Below are positions 56,834 through 64,000 of a stretch of 64,000 bases of DNA, in pieces; within the stretch, counting starts at the first letter, position 1; every line of letters begins with the position of its first letter. The position numbers were made by a program, and so were the translations under genes. The notes under the pieces are model-generated. The model ran no database searches. It worked only from the letters and a program-made list of their open reading frames with translations, and was not told the origin of the DNA. Source of the stretch: Eledone cirrhosa (Eukaryota); NCBI GenBank assembly GCA_964016885.1, contig OZ024763.1:11160001-11224000 (forward strand). The letters run 5' to 3'.

Positions 56834-58381
56834 CACTTACACTGACACACACATACACATCCGTCGTTTATCTAATTCTTGCTCTTTGTCAAATGTGCCA
56901 TTTGTATCAGTCTCCCGCCGCCGACACCACCAACACTAGCCCCTCTACCACTCCCACCAACACTACCACCACGACCCGCACCATGACTACCACTACTACC
57001 ACCACCACCACTACTACCACCACCACCACCACCACCACCACCACTACCACCACTACCACCACTACTACCACCACCACCACCACCACCACCACCACTACCA
57101 CCACCACTACCACCACCACCACTACCACCACACTACACCACCACCACTACCACCACCCACCCACTACCACACCCCACCATTCATAGTAAATATGAATGCT
57201 GGATTTCCATAATTCGTTTATTGCGTATTTTGCATTAATACGTATTTCTGTATTGTTTTTTTAATTACCTAACGCTGTTATTAGGAAATTACTTCCACAT
57301 CTTAAGCAATACATGTATTATGTAATATTGTTGTTAAGTAATACAGCATATTGATATGGAGACGGTGTTATTTTCGAAGTAGCTCGGTTCAAAAGTGTGC
57401 CTAAAATGCTACCTGAAGAAGTCGTGTCAATAATTATGTATTGGTAGCATTGTGTAATTAATAACACCACCACAAAAATACGTGACAGAAAATTGCGTAA
57501 TAAAACGAATTATGGAAAGCCAACTTTCGTATTTTTTTATTATTATTATAGGTATATTCGTCATATACCATCACATCGAAATTAGAAAGATACATATAAC
57601 GTTGAGTGCTTGAACCTAATTACACACTTATTTATTGATTAGTCAACATTTTATAACACAGTATATATATTATATATATATAGTAAATGACGTGAAGAGT
57701 AACCTGGATCGGCTGTACAATAAGGTTTATTTCAAAGTATTAACAAATGTTTCATTAGTCCGGTGTCTCTAAAAATCGCTGTTCGTAAGATGCTTATGTC
57801 ACTCAATTTTAATTACAGTCGATCAAATCTTCAGAATACTGTATTGTGTTGTGATTGGCAGTATCGGTAGAGGGTCAGACGCCATGCTATGCAGCAAAGA
57901 GTTACGGCCCTTTATGTTCTGGGTTTCAATCCCGCCAATGTTAACCTTGCCTTTCATCCTTACGGGGTCGATAAAACAAAATACCAGTAATACACTGGGA
58001 TAATTGGTGGCCTTGTGCCAAAAGTAGAAACAATTATATATATATATATAATATGTATATATATTGTCTGGCCCGTCCGGCTGGCGTCCGGCTAGTATAC
58101 CTTCCCCCACCACTCCACTGCAAAGATACCACACACCCTTCCGTGTCACACTGTCCTTTCGCCTTCGTAGCAAAGAGGAGGAGCTACAGTAGAAAATGAG
58201 TTTAAAAAGAAAGAGTTAAGCTGTGTTGTTAATATACATACACACATACATATATACGACCATCAGCTTATAAGTATAGATATGTGTGTGTGTGTGTGTT
58301 TGTTTGTTTATGTGTGTATGTGCATGTGTGTGTTTGTATGTTTTGATGTTATCCGACAATTGGCGAAAATCAGTGTTGAAA

Positions 58382-58478
<97 letters not shown>

Positions 58479-58702
58479 GGTGTGTGTGTGTGTGTGTGTG
58501 TGTGTATGCGTGTGTGGTACCTATGCAAGCGACAATAGATGAAAGATATACCACGGAAATGAATGTTATTTTTCAGTCACGGCTGCATTTGATCATACAC
58601 ATTGTGTTTATTACACAATTAATTTTAATGCCGATTTTAACGTCATTGAAATACGGTCACTTGCTGGCTCCCCCTCTGTCTCTCTCCCCTCTCTCCCTCT
58701 CT

Positions 58703-58738
<36 letters not shown>

Positions 58739-58932
58739 AACTAACACTTTAATTGTATCTCTCTCTGTCTAACGTCCTATCTCTCTCTTTTCCCCTCCTC
58801 TATGTTTTTTTGTCTCTCTCTGAATTATAGAGAGAGGGAAGAGCGAAGGAGAGAGTAAAGCTAAGAAACTATAGGGAGGTGTGTAGGTTACATACATATT
58901 ACACACACACGAGGCTCAGCTTTATAATATAT

Positions 58933-58982
<50 letters not shown>

Positions 58983-59953
58983 GCCGGGGATTTAAAAAAT
59001 GTTCGTTATACTGAAAAATTCGTTATAAAGAAATTTTACCTGTATATATATGTGTGTTGTGTGCAGAACGTAACGGACACTAGTCCTTCATAAGGAAATA
59101 GAATGAGAAATAAAAAATTCAATAGAAAGATAGAGTGGGGAAGGAAAGGAAAAAAGTTTTTTAGAAAAGGCACGTGTGTATTCAGTCAACATATATACAT
59201 ATATCAACCTTTTATTATATATATATATATATATATTATATATTATATATAATATATATATATTATATATATGGTTTCTGAATTTGTTTAGCAAGATTCT
59301 TTATCTGAAAACGTGTGTTGTAACCGATATTGTTATGCTTTGGGTGGGGTCATGTTGCCAATAAGAAACACACACGCACCAGTTGCTTTCCACTTCAATT
59401 TATTATAAATTAAATTTATAAATTTAAGAATTTATAAATTTCCGGTTGGTTGGTTGGTTCCACAACCGAGGGTTTGTTCATATATTGTCAAAGTTCTTTC
59501 GTCACACATTCTGTGAGCTCTTCAGTGACTGGAGATTCTTTTCTTTGTTTTTGTGCCTCTCCTTTGTTCTGTCCTACGCCATCTTTGTTTTGTGCCTCTC
59601 CTTTGTTCTGTCCTACGCCATCTTTGTTTTTGTGCCTCTCCTTTGTTCTGTCCTACGCCATCTTTGTTTTGTGCCCTCCTTTGTTCTGTCCTACGCCCCA
59701 AGATGGCGTTAGGACAGAACAAAGGAGAGGCACAAAAAGCAAAGAAAAGAATCCCCAGTCACTGGAGAGGTCACAGAATGTGTGACGAAAGAACTTTGAC
59801 AATATTTGAACAACCCTCCGGTTGTGGAATCAACCAACCAACCGGAAATTTACAAATTTCTTAAATTTATAAATTTAGTTTATAATAAATTGGAGTGACA
59901 GCAACTGGTGCGTGTGTTTCTTATTGGCAACATGACCCTCCCAAAGCATAACA

Positions 59954-59990
<37 letters not shown>

Positions 59991-60171
59991 GAAACGGAAA
60001 AGAAAATGGTGACAAATTGTTCACAGTGAAAAATAGTTTAATTAGGAATAAGTGAGAATTAGTAATAGTATTGGTTAGTATTCAGTTTTGGTTTTAAGTT
60101 TTACCGGTTGCGCATTTCTAATGCTTTTCAAAAATAATTTTGAGATAGAGCGTCCGTGATGTTTGCTCTAA

Positions 60172-60217
<46 letters not shown>

Positions 60218-60414
60218 AGGAACCAGTAAGACCCCGACAGCTGAGCTCAAGCCGTTTCGACGGCTAATTCGACGGCTAATATGAATTAGCCGTCGAAACG
60301 GCTTGAGCTCAGCTGTCGGGGTCTTACTGGTTCCTATTACCCACTCTACTACCTCAAGTATTGAGTACTTTGGTGCGTTATGGTCCACCTGGTTCCTTAC
60401 CACATTTCCTTCGT

Positions 60415-60448
<34 letters not shown>

Positions 60449-60798
60449 CTGTGGTTGGCTGAATATATATAGATATGTGCCAAGCTGGGGCAACAATGCG
60501 GATAATAAAGAAAAAAATAACATCATACTATAGCATTACGTCACCGAATACCAGTTGTTTGTGTGACATTTAATATTGACAATGAAGATAGAGCAATGCG
60601 AGTGAGAGGTGTGAACTGGTCTGTTGATTCGACTACCAAATATATAAATATCGGCTGAGGCTCCCTACAGATAAAGGAATCAACTATGTTGTGATAACAG
60701 CTGATAACCAACACCTTTTTCAAATATACTTACTTTAATACCCTCACCCACCACAAAGTATATGTATATATGTATATATATATATGTATGTATATATG

Positions 60799-60831
<33 letters not shown>

Positions 60832-60918
60832 GTATGTATATGTATATATATATATGTATATGTATATATATATGTATATATATATATATGTGTATATATA
60901 TATATATGTATGTATATG

Positions 60919-60960
<42 letters not shown>

Positions 60961-61047
60961 TATGTATGTATATATACATGTATATGTATATATATGTATA
61001 TGTATATAAATATATATGTATATGTATATATATGTATATGTATATAA

Positions 61048-61083
<36 letters not shown>

Positions 61084-61233
61084 GTATATATATATGTATA
61101 TGTATATATATCTATATGTATACATGTATATATATATGTATATCGTATATGTATATGTATATATATATCTATATGTATACATATATATGTATATGTATAA
61201 TGTATATATATACATATACATATATATGTATAC

Positions 61234-61265
<32 letters not shown>

Positions 61266-62807
61266 GGTTATGGAACCAACCAGCCAACCGGAAATTTATA
61301 AATTCTTAAATTTATAAATTTAATTTATAATAAATTGGAGTGCGTGATATGAAGGTTAAAACACACTTGTGAATAGTGAAGTTTTAAATCAACATATAGA
61401 TATGTTGATTTAAAACTTCACTATTCACAAGTGTTTTTTTAACCTTCATATCATGTATCCCTATTTTATCTGATGAAGACGCAGATATCATCTCATGATG
61501 ATATTTGGTTTTGAAATGCGCATAATAAAATACTTGGAACTCTTTTAACCATCTTTTGATCTTCTATCATATATATATATATATATATAATCATATCGAT
61601 TCTTATCGTATGCTAAAAACTCATGAAAATTAGAACATATCATAATTCAGGTCATGTTCATACGTTATTATTAGGGAAGTGAGGATTGGTAGTTACGTCC
61701 CTTTACGATCTGAGTTCAAATTCCGCCGAGGTTGACTTCGCCTGTCATCCTTACGGGGTCGATAAAATAAAAGTACCAGTAATACACTGGGATAATTGCT
61801 GGCCCTTGTGCCAAAAAAGTAGAAACAATTATTAGGGAAGTGTGGATTGGCAGTATCGGTAGAGGGTCGGACACCATGCTTTGCAGCATAAAGTTGCAGT
61901 CCTTTATGATCTAAGTTCAAATCCCGCCAAGGTTAACTTTGCCTTTCATCCTTACGGGGTCGATAAAATAAAGTACCAGTAATGCACTGGGTAATTGCTG
62001 GCCTTGTGTCAAAGGTAGAAAACAATTTTATGTAAAGAACAATAATCGTATTGTGAAAAAACTTATGACCAGACAGGAAAAGTAATCAAAACAGAAATTA
62101 TTCATCACAATTAAATTCTTGCCTATACCGCGGTTTCAGACAACAGACAAATAATATTAGTTACCATAGAATAAACCAGATAATTAGTAAATTTAAGATG
62201 ATGCTCTTCACCAGATGGTATGTCTTTTAGTGCCACCGAATAAATACTATCCCCAGGGATTTGAAACTGAAAAACGAGCTCACGTGTGTTGTTAAGAATA
62301 GCTAGGAACGTTGGAATTAGGTGAGAAGGCAAATATAGCCTACCGATAAAAAAAATGCCACGTGGGTTTTAAAAGATAACAAGCGCCATCAAAGCATGGA
62401 ATGTTTTATATGAAACATACACTATATCTTTATAAACAATAAACCAATGGCTGCTACTGAAAACGTCACAGATATGTCAGTAGCAGTTGGGAATGCCAGA
62501 CAGTGTTGTTTCAAGATTAATTTAACTATCATCAGTGACATTCACTCAAACAGTACTGAGATGAAAATAGACTAGAGTCTATATAGATTTTGTTGGGGAT
62601 GCATATATATATATATGGATATGCGGGCTTTTTAAAAACTGTCTTTATATATATAGCAGATTAAAGGTTTAAGCAAACATTTTCTGCTTTCACCCTTATA
62701 CAGGATCTTCTCAACATACACACACATATATATATGTGTGTGTGTATGTTGAGAAGATCCTGTATAAGGGTGAAAGCAGAAAATGTTTGCTTAAACCTTT
62801 AATCTGT

Positions 62808-62846
<39 letters not shown>

Positions 62847-62962
62847 TTACCGATAAAATAAGATACCAGTAAAACACGGGAGTCGATCTCAACATCTAAA
62901 ATTACTGGCCTCGTGTCTAAATCAGGAATCAGTATATATATATAAATGTATATATATATATG

Positions 62963-63023
<61 letters not shown>

Positions 63024-63440
63024 TGAGCGGAACAAGCAAGCATTAAACAATCTTTTAATTAAATTAAAATACGATTTAAATAATCACCTGTTCAAAATGC
63101 TATTACCGACGGTTTCACTTCACAAAAGATTGGAAATTCAGAGAATTCTCAATGGATATATATATATATATATATATATATGCTCTGTGATATTATAACA
63201 TTACTGTAATCGGATTAAACTCTGAACTGTTTTTTACTATCTTGCTGTGGACTATAATATCACATTTGAGTGTTTAAAATGCTCTTTGACTTTATATAGT
63301 TGTATTATCAACTTGTTTAAACTAGTATATATATATATATACACACACACACAGGGTGTCCCCCCAAAAATGTATACACACTTTGATTAGAATGTTGTTC
63401 AAGTGTGTATACATTATATATATACATATATATCTATCTA

Positions 63441-63483
<43 letters not shown>

Positions 63484-64000
63484 GTGTGTGTGTGTGTGTG
63501 TCTGTGTGTGTGTGTGTATGTGTGTGTGTGTGTGTGTGTGTGTATCTGTGTGTACATTGTGTGTATGTCAATTTTCTTTGACCTTCTTGTCGTTCTAGTT
63601 ATCTTTCAGTTTACATCCGTTGAAATCAAGACGACATTTTCTTCCATATTTTCTTAAATATATCCACCATATCCACTGAATTACCGTGACGTTTGTGCAA
63701 ACTATCACTGAAAGGTCAGGCGGAGGTGACGAACGCTTACATAGCGTCCGTCATCTGCTACCGCCTGACCGTCGTGCCTTGCCCCAAGGAAAAGATCACC
63801 ATCATGGAACGCATGCTCTTCCAGTTCCTCTGGAAGAAGCGGCCTCCCATGGTGAGGAGATCCATCTGCTGCCAGCACCCTTCGAAAGGAGGGCTGGGTA
63901 TGCCGTGGCTGTTGATGCGTAGGCACGCATTGAGGCTACGGCATCTACAAGTATTCCTCACCGGTCAGCCGGTGTGGGCCCCGTTTGTGAGGCGAGCCTT
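56834..64000 (+). repeat. Near-identical duplicate of 33825-41212
   Basis: Colinear match with small indels and microsatellite length changes; includes the start of the Tx1 fragment at 63685-64000. Confidence 0.95.

Overview
AT-rich eukaryotic intergenic or intronic DNA with no recognisable host gene. The SINE families and the density of (TA)n/(CA)n microsatellites suggest a coleoid cephalopod, probably Octopus (inference). Nearly all ORFs in the track are microsatellite read-throughs. The real content is a transposon graveyard: Tx1/L1-type LINE fragments, R4/Dong-type restriction-like-endonuclease (RLE) LINE fragments, RTE remnants, a degenerate Penelope-like element (RT + GIY-YIG, Naiad-like), non-autonomous Helitrons, tRNA-derived SINEs, a 5S rRNA-derived fragment and several minisatellites. 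About 7.3 kb (33825-41212) reappears after a 200-N gap (56834-64000), most likely an uncollapsed haplotype. The main hidden signal is about 20 type I hammerhead-ribozyme (HHR) motifs from roughly ten sequence families on both strands. Many have palindromic stem III, many lie in fold-back inverted repeats in (TA)n, and several have non-canonical cores. The most striking is an ORF-less, retrozyme-like element at 28133-29056. Its two 333-bp direct repeats each carry an HHR with a compensatory U3-A8 core, and the predicted cleavage sites define a 591-nt monomer that could circularise. All folds were read by eye; no activity is demonstrated.
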